Shown here: in pieces, positions 35,757 to 46,237 of the stretch
Layout: every line of letters begins with the position of its first letter
Position numbering within the stretch: position 1 is the stretch's first letter
Assembly (NCBI RefSeq): GCF_000143415.4
Contig: NW_003314269.1
Span: 1,743,544 to 1,807,543 of the forward strand
Length of the DNA stretch: 64,000 bases
Direction: 5' to 3'
Source of the DNA: Selaginella moellendorffii
Lineage: Eukaryota; Plantae; Lycopodiophyta
Translations under genes and position numbers: made by a program
Notes under the pieces: model-generated
Told to the model about the DNA's origin: nothing
What the model saw: only the letters and a program-made list of their open reading frames with translations
The model's database searches: none

Positions 35757-38700
35757 GTTCGCGGGGCCTTACGAGATTGAGGCTCGAATCGGTAAAGTGA
35801 CTTACCGTCTCCGACTTCCTCGAGAGATGGGGAAGATGCATCCCGTGTTCCACGTGAACTTACTCAAGCCGTATTTTGAGGATCCGCTTCGCAAGGACCA
35901 AGTAAGACCTTTACCTGAGGTTATCCAAGGGGAGGAGGAATACGAAGTCGAGGCCATCCTCAATGCGCGCAAGAGCAAGCGACAAGGACGCGAGGTGAGA
36001 GAGTTCCATGTGAAGTGGAAAGGATTTCCACACTGTGAAGCAACATGGGAACCGGAGGAGAACCTAGCGAACGCACGAGATCTAGTGGAGGAATTTCTGC
36101 ATGGCAGAACTCTATGTACTTATGCAAAGTTCAATTAAAAGTATCAATTTGAGAAGTTGAGCAATGGCATATGTTGGGACCCGAAGGCGCGCCGAAGGTA
36201 AGCTAATTAGCATGGGTTAACTAGGTCGACCAGGCGTAGGGAGCTACGCCCGACTCTCTGCGGGGATGTCGAAACCGTAGACGTATTCTACGGAGGTTGG
36301 GTTCGAGTCCCAACCCCCTAGTAAAGCAAGGCTGGGTTCAAGTCCCGACCCCATACTAGGGCGTGGTGAGAGGAGGAGTATAGGGACACCTATATTCCGT
36401 TGTCATGAGCTCTTGGCCGGGGAGGCTAACTTAGGCACACCGCTAAGTGGGGGGATGCCCCCGGAGACATGGTCAACAAGTCGTAGGATAAAAAAGAGAC
36501 GTTCGATGTGGGCATCGAACTTCTTCTATGGGTGGTGGAGTTGTAAGGAACCAACTCGCCGAGGTGTCGTAGGCTAAGGGAACCCCGAAAGCATGACCAA
36601 AATGACAAAGAGTTCATCGAATGGGACCAAGTCAAAGATCGAGTCCAAGACCGACTCTAGGACCGAGTTCGAGATAGAGTCCGGAATCGAGTCCAAGATC
36701 GACTCGGGGACCGAGTTCGAGTCCGAGTTCGAGACCGAGTTCGAGACGGAGTCCGAGATCCGAAATCGGGTCCGAGACCGAGTCCGAAGTCAAGTCCGAG
36801 GTCGGGCCCGAGATCGGGTCCGAGATCGAGTCCGCGATCGAGTCCGAGACCGAATCCGAAGTCGGATCCGAAATCGGATCCGAGATCGAGCCAGAGACTA
36901 AGTCCAAATACTAATACGGGTCAAGGGGTGAAAGCCCAAAGCGTGCGTCCCCCAGGGGGGGGGGGCTGCAGGGGGTTCCAAAAGTATAGTAGGGATAGTG
37001 AGGTCCAGGAACCAGTTTTGAAGGGACTCTCCAGTTGGGCTTCCAAACCGACTTGAGGTTGGGACTGGGACTAAGGGGCCTTGGGTGGGAGTGAGCATGG
37101 ACTTGGCTGGTGCCGGAGGGGCCATCCAAGGAAATGCTCAAGAGCAGCTCCCACTCTCGAAAGGGAAACCGATTGCGGTGCTCCCGGCTCATGTGGAGTG
37201 GTGCCCCACTTGAGTACCATGCGGCTCATTGGTCCTCGCCCTTCCTAGGGGCTTGGGCCTTCCTTCGGGATGGAAGTGGGGGGCGAGAGGTACCCATACC
37301 GGGCCGTTAGGCCACGGTGTTTCGCCCCGGCGTCCCGAAGCAAGTGTTGCACTCAAGACTTGGGATTTAGAGGGTCCCATGATCAAGTCTTGTGGTACCA
37401 AGGGATGTTAGGAACCTGGAAGCTTGGTGTGCTTGGCTGCTTGTGCTTGCGGGGAGTGTAGCCGAACCTTAAGTCTAGTCTAACCCGGGGAGGGGGATTG
37501 GGAGTGATTTGGGAATCCGTGGAAGGATGGCTAACACTCCGTTGCTCGTGCAGTGAGTAGCTGAAACCAAGTAGGAGCTGGTACCATAGGCGAGAACCTT
37601 GGCAAGGGAACTTAGCAAAAGCCAAGGCAGTGTTGGACGGATAGACGAGGTAAGCTGGCAAATTGGAAAGGAAAAATTTGTGGCTTACAACCGAGACCGA
37701 GGCTGAGGCCAAGACCGAGCCCGAGCCCGAGTTCGAGTCCGAGTCCGAGTCCGAGTCCGAGTCCAAGTCTGAGAGGGTGAAAGCCCAAAGCGTTCGTCTC
37801 CCAGACCCTGGGGGGTTTGGTGAGCTCCAAAAGTATAGTAGGGGGAGGACTGCAATGGAGCCAGTTTGGCCAGGAAAGGCCAGTTTGGCCCAGAGAGGCT
37901 ACACCCAATGTTGGGTGATGAGCTGACCACTGGGAAGTCCAAGACTAGAGTGAACACGGACCGACAATCGAGGTAGCTTGATGAAGTGTTCAAGAGCCGG
38001 CTCTAGTTCCCCCGGGAGATCATCTGGCCAATGCTCCCAGTCCAAGTGTGGGTGGCACTACCTACTTGGATACCTGGTGTGGCTCAATGGAACCTCGCTC
38101 TAAGCCCATGGCTAGAGCACCTAAAGGCGAAAGGTAGGGAGAGTACCCACGAGGCCCGCATAGGGCCATGGTGTTCCGAAATGTCGTCCCAAAGTCCCAG
38201 ACTGTGGAAAGGAAAAGGAGTAGCCCTCTGGTGTGGTGACCAAGGACACAGTCACACAAGGAGGAAGTCCTAGAGGACAGTGGGATTTAGTGGTCGGGCC
38301 CGTGGGCCTTGATCCAGTGGCAGTGTTGGCGAACACGGCCAAGGACGGAAAGGGACTTGGTGGGGACTGGAATTGAGATATTGGGGAAGGTTAATCCCCA
38401 TGCCTACGGGCATCCTAAGGATGCTAAGGAGTGGATCTGGGATGATCACTCGTGGATGGATGGCCTAGTCTTTGAGTGACAGGACTAGGATGTAGGTGGT
38501 GTCAGACCACCGATGTGACCAAGGCAAATAAGCATGGCCTTAGCGTAATGGGCTAATATAACGGTGGTACCTTGGGGTGTCGGTCATGGGATCGGACACG
38601 TGGAACACTTGGACCAAGTGCAAAGGTTGAATGGCGGGGATGCCATTCTTGGGGCTAGTAAGCCCAAGTCCAAAATAAGACTTATGGAGGTTGTGAGTGA

Positions 38701-39671
38701 GACTCCTCCAAGTGGTCGAAGGTATAGTTAAGTGAATAAAGTAGAATGGAAAAATTTAGTCACTTACAACTTGTCTTAACTTTAGAACTAAATACAAAGT
38801 AAAAAAGTCCTAAAAATCATACTTAACTTTAGGATTGTGCGAATCAGCTCATTCTATGATAAATCACTATAGAGTAGAAATTTATTTTATTTTTTTTGTT
38901 TCTTGCAAAAGTGATGGAGACTTATAAGAGAATCCTCTTAACATGATGAAATATTTCCCATGTCTGAGTATCTATGTTCCTCCCAAAGTAGGATTTTATC
39001 TTAGTTTTAAAAAATAATATCTTTTGAAAATGAAGGATTACATTCATTCCTTAAGTAATGGTAGTTTTTTAAGGGAGCCTTGTCTACTGAAATTTGGCTA
39101 TGTTTAATCTACTTTAAGACTGGTAACTAATATAATTATTTTAGATGTTGTAAGAGATATCTTTCTTAAGTATTATCTTTTCAATATCTCTAATAGGTTT
39201 TTTAATTTGATATAATATGTCAGATATACATAGAATATACTTGGATATTCTAGAATATTCTACAATCTAATAGTTGTTATTTATTTAAATTTATCTTGTT
39301 TTTATAATTTCTAAACTTTTCTAAGCACTTTCTAGTATATTCTATTTTATTCTAAAATATAATGGTTGATATGTAATAAGATTAATCTTGTGTTTATAAA
39401 TTATTAACATGTATATAATTATAAACTTTCAATTGATTAATTTAATTAATAAATAATAAGCACTAATATTTATGTAAAGAAAAAATTACTAACACGCAGC
39501 AATTTATTTAGATTATACTCTTTATTAAATGATTTTTGATGTAGATTGTGTATTATAAATAAGGCCAATATATTAGATAATATTTTTATATTTAGATAAT
39601 AAGTTTTTATATTATATGAAGTTAATGAAGCAAATATGCTATTAATGAATGCAATTCTTAAAAAAATTGAG

Positions 39672-41384
39672 TCAAGCCAAGTTTTGGAGCTCAAACATTG
39701 AAGCAAGTTCATCAATGCTAAAACTCTGCTCTTCAGAGCTTTTCTCCCCAAACACAAATTCTACCAGTTTCTTTTTCTTCTCCTGGATCTCCAACACATG
39801 TTCCTCGACAGTCTGTTTGACCACAAACCTGGTCACGTGGACTGGCCGAGTTTGACCAATGCGGTGCGTCCGGTCAATTGCCTGGTCTTCAGTCGTGGGG
39901 TTCCACCACATATCCATTAAAAGCACACGAGACGCGGCCACCAGGTTGAGCCCACACCCACCAGCCCTGAGAGATATCAACATCACCACCACATCTGGAT
40001 CCTCACTAAATCTTTTGATTGCCGCAACTCGTTTTCCCGCACTCATGCTCCCGTCGATCCTGGAGAACTGGATCCCGGCTCCTTCCAGCTCCGGCTCGAT
40101 CAGGTTGAGCATTGATGTCCACTGCGAGAAGATGAGGGATTTCTCTCCCCGAGGGGTCATGTCGAGCACTCTTAATGCGGCTTTCAGCTTTGCAGACTGG
40201 CCAATCTCTTGCACGCTGCGATCAAAATCCTCTTGCTTCTCCCGGGCCTCCAGCTGGAGCTTCCTGACGGCCTCTCTCATCTCCTTCAGGCCACTTCCAT
40301 CCTCCGTGATCAGATCATCTTCTTCGTCGACTCGAAAGAGATGTTCACTGTCGAGCAGAGCCGGATGGTCACACATTTGCCTCAGCCGCAACAGCATGCT
40401 CAAAATGATAAACCTGTTCATGTGTAACGTCCCTTTGCTCCTGTACTCACTGATCCTATCCTGGTACTCCTTTCGAAGGTTTTCATAGAGTTCCCTCTCC
40501 TGCTGCGAGAGCTCCACCTCCACCCGGTTGACCAGCCTGGGCGGCAGCCGGAGCACTGGCTCACCATTAATGATCGATTTCTTGCTCCGCCGCAGCACAA
40601 TGCTCTCAAGCGCCACCTTGAGTTCTGCCGAGTAGCCTGTCTTCTCATACTCCTCATACTGCTGGTCAAAAGCTCTCCAATCGCTACAGTAGGGCTTGAC
40701 TCGAAGAAAGCAAAAGAAGGCATATAGATCCTTGATGTTGTTTTGGAATGGCGTTCCTGAAAGACCCCATCTGTAGGTTGCAGAGAGACGCATGCAAGAC
40801 ATTGAGACATCAGTGTAGGCATTCCGGATGGATTGTGCCTCGTCCAACACCACCCTATGCCACTTCACATTGGCTAGTGGACCGGAGCGCTCCCTCCAAG
40901 CTACACGACCGGTGTCAAATACTTCGACGTTCAAGCACCGCTCCTTGGCCACAACTCCGTACGTGGTGATCACCACGTCGTACGATGCCAGCTTCTCTAG
41001 CGTCACCTTGCGTTTGCCTTGGTCGTGGTAGACTAGTGTGGAGAGTGGTGCACTGGCCGCCACCTTGGTTCTGATCTCGTGCTCCCACTGCCGGATCACA
41101 CTTACCGGGCAAACGATGAGCGTACCACCCTTAACGTTGGTACCCGTACCCCTTGACCTTGGTCCCGCCTTGACGATGAGAGCTATGGCTGAGAGGGTTT
41201 TGCCCAAGCCCTGATCGTCTGCAAGGATACCACCTTTTGTGGTGCTAAACTCGCGCTCTAGCATCCAGGCTACCGCTTGCTTCTGGTGATTCATCAGATT
41301 TATTGTCATTAACTGTGAGGAGGACTCCCTTATTCTTTGCTTCTTCTCCCCCACATCCACAAACTCTCCCTTCCTTTTCTTCAT
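39672..41384 (-). CDS. SNF2 ATPase of the RAD5/16 (Ris1/FRG, CHR27/28-like) group; intronless, no RING finger
   Basis: GGILADDQGLGKT, VVLDEAQ, LSGTP, LLRLRQMCDHP, LIFSQWTSML, GGCGLNL, WWNPTTEDQAIDRTHRIGQ. TATA-like TATATAAATA about 35-40 nt upstream of the ATG. Confidence 0.88.
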   Translation of the reverse strand: MKKRKGEFVDVGEKKQRIRESSSQLMTINLMNHQKQAVAWMLEREFSTTKGGILADDQGLGKTLSAIALIVKAGPRSRGTGTNVKGGTLIVCPVSVIRQWEHEIRTKVAASAPLSTLVYHDQGKRKVTLEKLASYDVVITTYGVVAKERCLNVEVFDTGRVAWRERSGPLANVKWHRVVLDEAQSIRNAYTDVSMSCMRLSATYRWGLSGTPFQNNIKDLYAFFCFLRVKPYCSDWRAFDQQYEEYEKTGYSAELKVALESIVLRRSKKSIINGEPVLRLPPRLVNRVEVELSQQERELYENLRKEYQDRISEYRSKGTLHMNRFIILSMLLRLRQMCDHPALLDSEHLFRVDEEDDLITEDGSGLKEMREAVRKLQLEAREKQEDFDRSVQEIGQSAKLKAALRVLDMTPRGEKSLIFSQWTSMLNLIEPELEGAGIQFSRIDGSMSAGKRVAAIKRFSEDPDVVVMLISLRAGGCGLNLVAASRVLLMDMWWNPTTEDQAIDRTHRIGQTRPVHVTRFVVKQTVEEHVLEIQEKKKKLVEFVFGEKSSEEQSFSIDELASMFELQNLA

Positions 41385-42399
41385 TGGCAGCTTCTTTTAC
41401 ATAAGAGAAGTTAGGGTATTTATATAGAAGGGTAACTTTAGAATATACTAACCAGTGAAATTGGCTTTTGTGCCTTTCTTTTTCATGTTGCCAAGAAAAC
41501 ATCGTCCTCTCCAAGTTCCTAGAATAAACAATGATAATAATAGAATTCTTGAACCTTACACAATCAACCTTTCACACCTTCCACTTGTGCCTCGGTCACG
41601 TGAATGAACATAATCCTCGCTTTACCACTTGATGGGGGGAGGGATAGACGAAGGCGAAAAACTCTCGAGAGCATGTCAAGCCTCAAGCTAACCTAATGAG
41701 GTTCCTTCATGACCCGGTCAAGCTCTTCATGCGCCTGCCGGGCCAGCGTATCATCTCGCCCTTCACAGTGCCTTTGGAGATTGGCTCCGGCCAGAAGAAG
41801 ATTCTATCAAGGAGAAGAGCAAATAGTGGAGAACTTTCTAAACGCCATCGTCAAGCTGCACAAGATTTGTTGCAGAGAATCCCCCCAGGGACTTTGTGGG
41901 CGTGATGCTGTGTAGGCAGAAGATAGAGAGTTTTTTCTGCGGGTATTATACATGGCATGTGGCACAACACCAGATTCATGGGGTGCTGCCCCAGATCAAG
42001 CACATCTCTCGTTTGCAGAGCGTCAGCAGGAGAGTGCCAATCTGCTGCCGAAGCGTGAACACAGTAAGTAAAGGAATGGAGGTTTTTTTCACATTGGAAT
42101 CAGTGCCCTGGAGCAGCCGGTGAGTTGTGACTATGCCACTTTCGTCTTCTTCCTGGGCGGTGAAAAGGAGCAACTCAAGTCGAGGGTCTCAATCCCTGTC
42201 ACGAATTGCAGGAGCAAAGGGTATGCTATTGTCAAGGACGATGAGGTGTGGGAGAGGGTCAAGGATTACCTTTCAAGCTTAGAAGGGAGTGATGCCAAGG
42301 TTGTGGTTTATGGAGGCCACTGAACAACACCTGGGGACTTGTACACAGTCTGGTTTGATGTCTTTATTAGCCCTGTTGCTGTGTGATACGCTGATTCAG

Positions 42400-43450
42400 A
42401 ACTTTCTTTCAAGAATTAAAGAAGTTACAAGGAAAACATGTGCGTATGGTGTGTCTGTAGCTGCCATTTGCCGGAAGAGATCGAGCGCTTGATCCGATGC
42501 CCGTTCTGGGCATATGCTGCAGATCTGGGAATCTCGAAGAGCCCCGCGGCGCATTCGCGGGACCGACGGGAAAGACACACAAAGATGTGGAATCGTCTCC
42601 AATCAACCGGTGGCCGACCAGAGCGTAGAGCCCGGATACACGTGTGATCGAACTCCATGCCCTTCCATCCCTCGCTCGCGGCTTGCAAGCTCCACAAGAT
42701 CGAGCAACCGCCATAGCTCGAAGCTCGTATCGCGAACTTCTCTGTCCCGAAGTTCTCGATGCCTTGTGATGTTTTCCCTCGATGAATGGCTGGATAGGTC
42801 CTTTTTACATCGAAATCCATCGCCAAAAACAAACTAGATATGAACTCGTATCACCTGATTACATCCATGCAAGATCACCACTCGAGCGAGTGATCCAGCG
42901 CAAACTTCCTCCACCCGCCATTGATCCTGCTACGATGGCAAGTGCTGTCGCGCGAACTGCTGGACTTAGAAACTTCCGATCGAGCAAGTACTAACGTGCG
43001 ATCTGTTCATCTTGGCCGTGGATTCGTGGACGTGAACTGTCGAGCTGGATCCCGCTCGGCATTAGTGCCGGCTCGCCGCCGTGACAAAGGCTTCTCCTAT
43101 CTTCCAAACAGTGCTTTGCTCGTGGTGAGGGCGATGGTTGCGTTGGTGGTGTCCGACAGCAATCCGGGAAGAACTTTGCGCCTAGTTCTTCCATCTTCTT
43201 CATGCAATGCTTCCTTTGGTGGGGCGTCTTTCTTGTAATCCATCTGGGAATGCCTAGTTCTTTCATTAGACCTTTGTCACCCCTGGGACAAAGTCATGCT
43301 GTGAGAAGGATTTACCCCTCTTCTCCATGTGATGGTGGTGGCCCAGAGATTGCCCATCTCTTTCTTGCGCTTCCCTGGATCCTGCATTGAAGAAGCTCGC
43401 CATCTCTGGAAGCTTGTGAGCCCGGCTTTGGATCCAAAGATCTCCACCTG
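42400..43450 (-). pseudogene. Fragmented PPR-like pseudogene pieces
   Basis: AAYAQNGH/SDQALDLFRQM split across a frameshift at about 42460-42520. Weak E/E+-like text (MKELGI...MEELG). Boundaries uncertain. Confidence 0.45.
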
Positions 43451-46237
43451 GAAGAGGTCGACAAGCTCAATATTGAGTGTTGTATTGTTACTTTTGTTAT
43501 TATAACTTTTGTCTAAATATAAAATATTATTCGGTTTGTTTATAATTTATGATTGCAATTTTGGGGGGAGGTACACCTCCCTAAGGTGTGTACTTGGGGG
43601 TGGGCTGTTTGGTAAAAAATTTTACACACTTCCAAAATATATGAAAAAAAACATATATGTGCTTAAATTGTTATAATATATATGTATTACTCACAAAATA
43701 ATATTTTGAGTACTATTTTTTTTTTTATGTATGATCATACATTGCATGACAAATTCTAAATCAATGCTTATATGAAATCATGTCCTAATGAGTCCCAAGA
43801 GTTAGTTTCTGGGATAAATTTGAAATTTACTAAATATGGAATTTCATGTGAGTTAGTCTATGGGACAAATTTGTTACTAAATGTGGAATACCATTAAATT
43901 ACAAATTAAGACACTCTCTACATTCCATAAATATGCCCCTTATGCAAATCTAGACACTTATTATAAATAATACATAGGATTAAAATGAAATTAGCATACG
44001 AGGGTGTTTTAGTAGATATGGTAAACTATCATGTGACAATATTAAGAGATTAAGTTTAATACCTATGAGTTCTTGTCAAGCAAATATAAAACAAAGCAAA
44101 AGAGAATTAAAACCAAACCAAGTATGTTTAACAAGAAACATATAAGAATTTCTACCTTATATTTATCTGGCTAGGTATAAATGTTAAATTTAATTCATTA
44201 ACATTTGAACAAGAGGAACTAAAAAGGGAATTAACAATATCAATCTTTTATTGTCATGGCAATAAAAGAAGAATATTTGAAATGACTCGCTATATAACTT
44301 TAAATACCTATAATCACATTTGTGACAAAAAAAGAAAGTAAAAAGTAATTATTTTCATTACCACAAAACTATAAATTAAGGCAAAGATTATCTTTTTATA
44401 AAAGGGTCAAAAAATGCTACCCTTGAGGAGAACCAACTACCTAGGTTGGTATTTGCTCCCTACCTTGTGTTCTATGTTCATCCTACCTAGCCTTGAGTTG
44501 ACACTTAAGTGAATGTGGTGAACTCCATCATAGATATAACTCAAATGGCTCTTCCACATTCTATGGCAAAGGGTTAAGAACCAAAGTTTTGAGTTTATAT
44601 ATAGCTCCAAGGTGGTAAGAAATTTTGGTTTGCCTATGGAAAAAAGTTTAATACTCTATAATGTGGTTATAATAGATGAACATAGCACTTATGTGGTGAA
44701 TGGGCTTTAAGTGTTCTTTTGATAGTATTTTTCATTTTATGTTATGGATATTAGTCATATAAATGTTATTTTTGGGAAATAATGGTTTTATAATAAGAAG
44801 CCAAAGATCAATTGGGAACACAATATTTTACATATTAAAGTTGGTGGCACTATGAAAAAGATTATCAAGAAAGGCAATAATGATACTCTATTAATTAATG
44901 CTTTGAAGTTGGTGAAGTGCATGCATGAGATCGCTAATTCTTTTGTGGTGTACCTATTTATTTTTAATATGATCATGTCTAATTTAAAGTATGTTTGTGG
45001 GCATGGGACTTTAGGAGGAGTTCAATGACATATTTTAAGTAGCTACTAATTAATAAATGTGTCATTTGCTTCAATACTATATGTTATATACCCTATCTCT
45101 CTCCCCTTAGGCAATTGGAAAATGGGCATAGTGGATCAAGCCCTAGATACCAAATAATTATAAATAGCCTTAATTTTAAAATGATATAGAATAGTAGGGC
45201 TAGGTAGTTGCGTGCTATACCACTAATTTTGCATTGTTGGAATGCTCATATCTCCTTTGGCCCCTTGTGTCTTCTAGTTTAAACAATAAAACCTTTCAAG
45301 CTGTGGTCAATTAGACCCTTTGCTCGAGCTGCTACTTGGAGGTCACTTGGTGTGCCTTACCTCCTCAGAGATCATTGGATGATCATCACTTTTGGATACA
45401 TCTAGTTCAGCATTGACTACTGTATTCAAGGATCAGAGGAACCGAGGAGCTCAAGTTATTCAAATGATGGTCTGACTCCACTGATGACTGAAGTTATGGG
45501 GGCAATGTCAGGATGCAGGATCAGCTGGAGAGAGTTGGGCAGGAGTTGGGATGGAAGAGGAGGCAGCGATACATGCTGCATGTCTTTGATGTTTCCCTTG
45601 AAATCTCCTAGAGCAAGCTGGAAAAGTAGTAGTCAATTAATACGATACATATATATCAGCTGGCAGGTTGTGGGGATTGGGTTGCTGTGGCACCACAATG
45701 CCAGGTTTGATTGAACATGATTGAAGCAAGGCATTAGATTGAAAGAGTATATTTAATTCCTTCAGAGAACAAGTCATATCTAATCTTTGATGCAATAACA
45801 AGATGCAAAGCAACAGTTTTACATGCCTTGGTTTGGTGTTATTAGCACTGGCAAGGTGGTTAACGCCCTAAGATTACCACTAGACTTAGCAAAAGTCCTT
45901 ATCAGTACCTCTAAAAGAGCTTCTGTTAAGTTAGAGTTTCACAGGACAAGCGAATCAAGCAGTTGGAGATTCAGATTTGTGCCTTCTTTAGATTTTTCTC
46001 AACAATCATGCTGATTTTCTCTTTTTCTTGGTGAGGTACAAATAAAAGTAGAAATTACCTTTAGAAAAATGATCTGGTAAGCTGGAATGCCATGGGCATA
46101 TGCCAAGAAATGGGTATTTTGGATTATGTGATCCCCCCTAGTATTTCTAAAGCATTAATTTCAATTTTAAATTTAAAGGTAGGATATATCTTAAAGCGCC
46201 CCAAAGAGAATAATCTTTTTCTTGAAAATAATTCTAG

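Larger units (their letters stand above)
31366..36138 (+). pseudogene. Gag-Pol polyprotein of B; predicted exons 31366-35239, 35287-35704, 35757-36138; two in-frame TAG stops
   Basis: Retrotrans_gag (AKSWW...LKQTGTIQEY), CCHC knuckle CYNCGEAGHFSREC, protease ILIDTGA, RT YIDD, RNase [14 protein letters not shown], integrase HHCC and TMDFI/IISDRD, HPQT|DGQTER and KLTQR|FAGPY after splicing, chromodomain YEVEAIL...VKWKGFP..EATWEP. ORFs 31366, 32197 and 33193 share one frame, broken only by TAG at 32170-32172 and 33184-33186. Confidence 0.92.
30160..37689 (+). mobile_element. Ty3/gypsy chromovirus 'B', full length and young
   Basis: LTRs 30160-31306 and 36542-37689 (TGTAAGG...GCTTACA); by eye about 8 substitutions, all transitions, plus one poly-G indel. 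TSD ACCGA; PBS 31310-31321; PPT ending 36541; domain order gag-PR-RT-RH-IN-chromodomain. Confidence 0.97.
24825..38768 (+). mobile_element. Non-autonomous LTR retroelement 'A' (LARD-like); its 3' LTR is interrupted by element B
   Basis: 5' LTR 24825-26500; PBS TGGTATCGGAGC 26504-26515; about 3.1 kb internal region with no recognisable retro ORF; PPT ATGGGTGGTGGAGT ending 29596; 3' LTR 29597-30159 plus 37690-38768; TSD ACTTG (24820-24824 / 38769-38773). Confidence 0.92.

Noticed and set aside
36103-36233. Further introns after the chromodomain (AT-rich 36103-36155; strong donor AAG|GTAAGC at 36198)
   Set aside because: No reading-frame constraint to validate them; the nearest acceptors give introns of 36 nt or less.
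36255-36296. Possible hammerhead ribozyme (CGAAAC followed by a hairpin)
   Set aside because: No CUGANGA core, and no U-H cleavage triplet after the stem.
36260-36352. Bona fide tRNA gene
   Set aside because: T-arm motifs are present, but no canonical acceptor stem or 7-nt anticodon loop could be built; reported only as tRNA-like.
45300-46100. Exon-like fragments downstream of the PPR gene
   Set aside because: Short, no recognisable family, and no coherent gene model.
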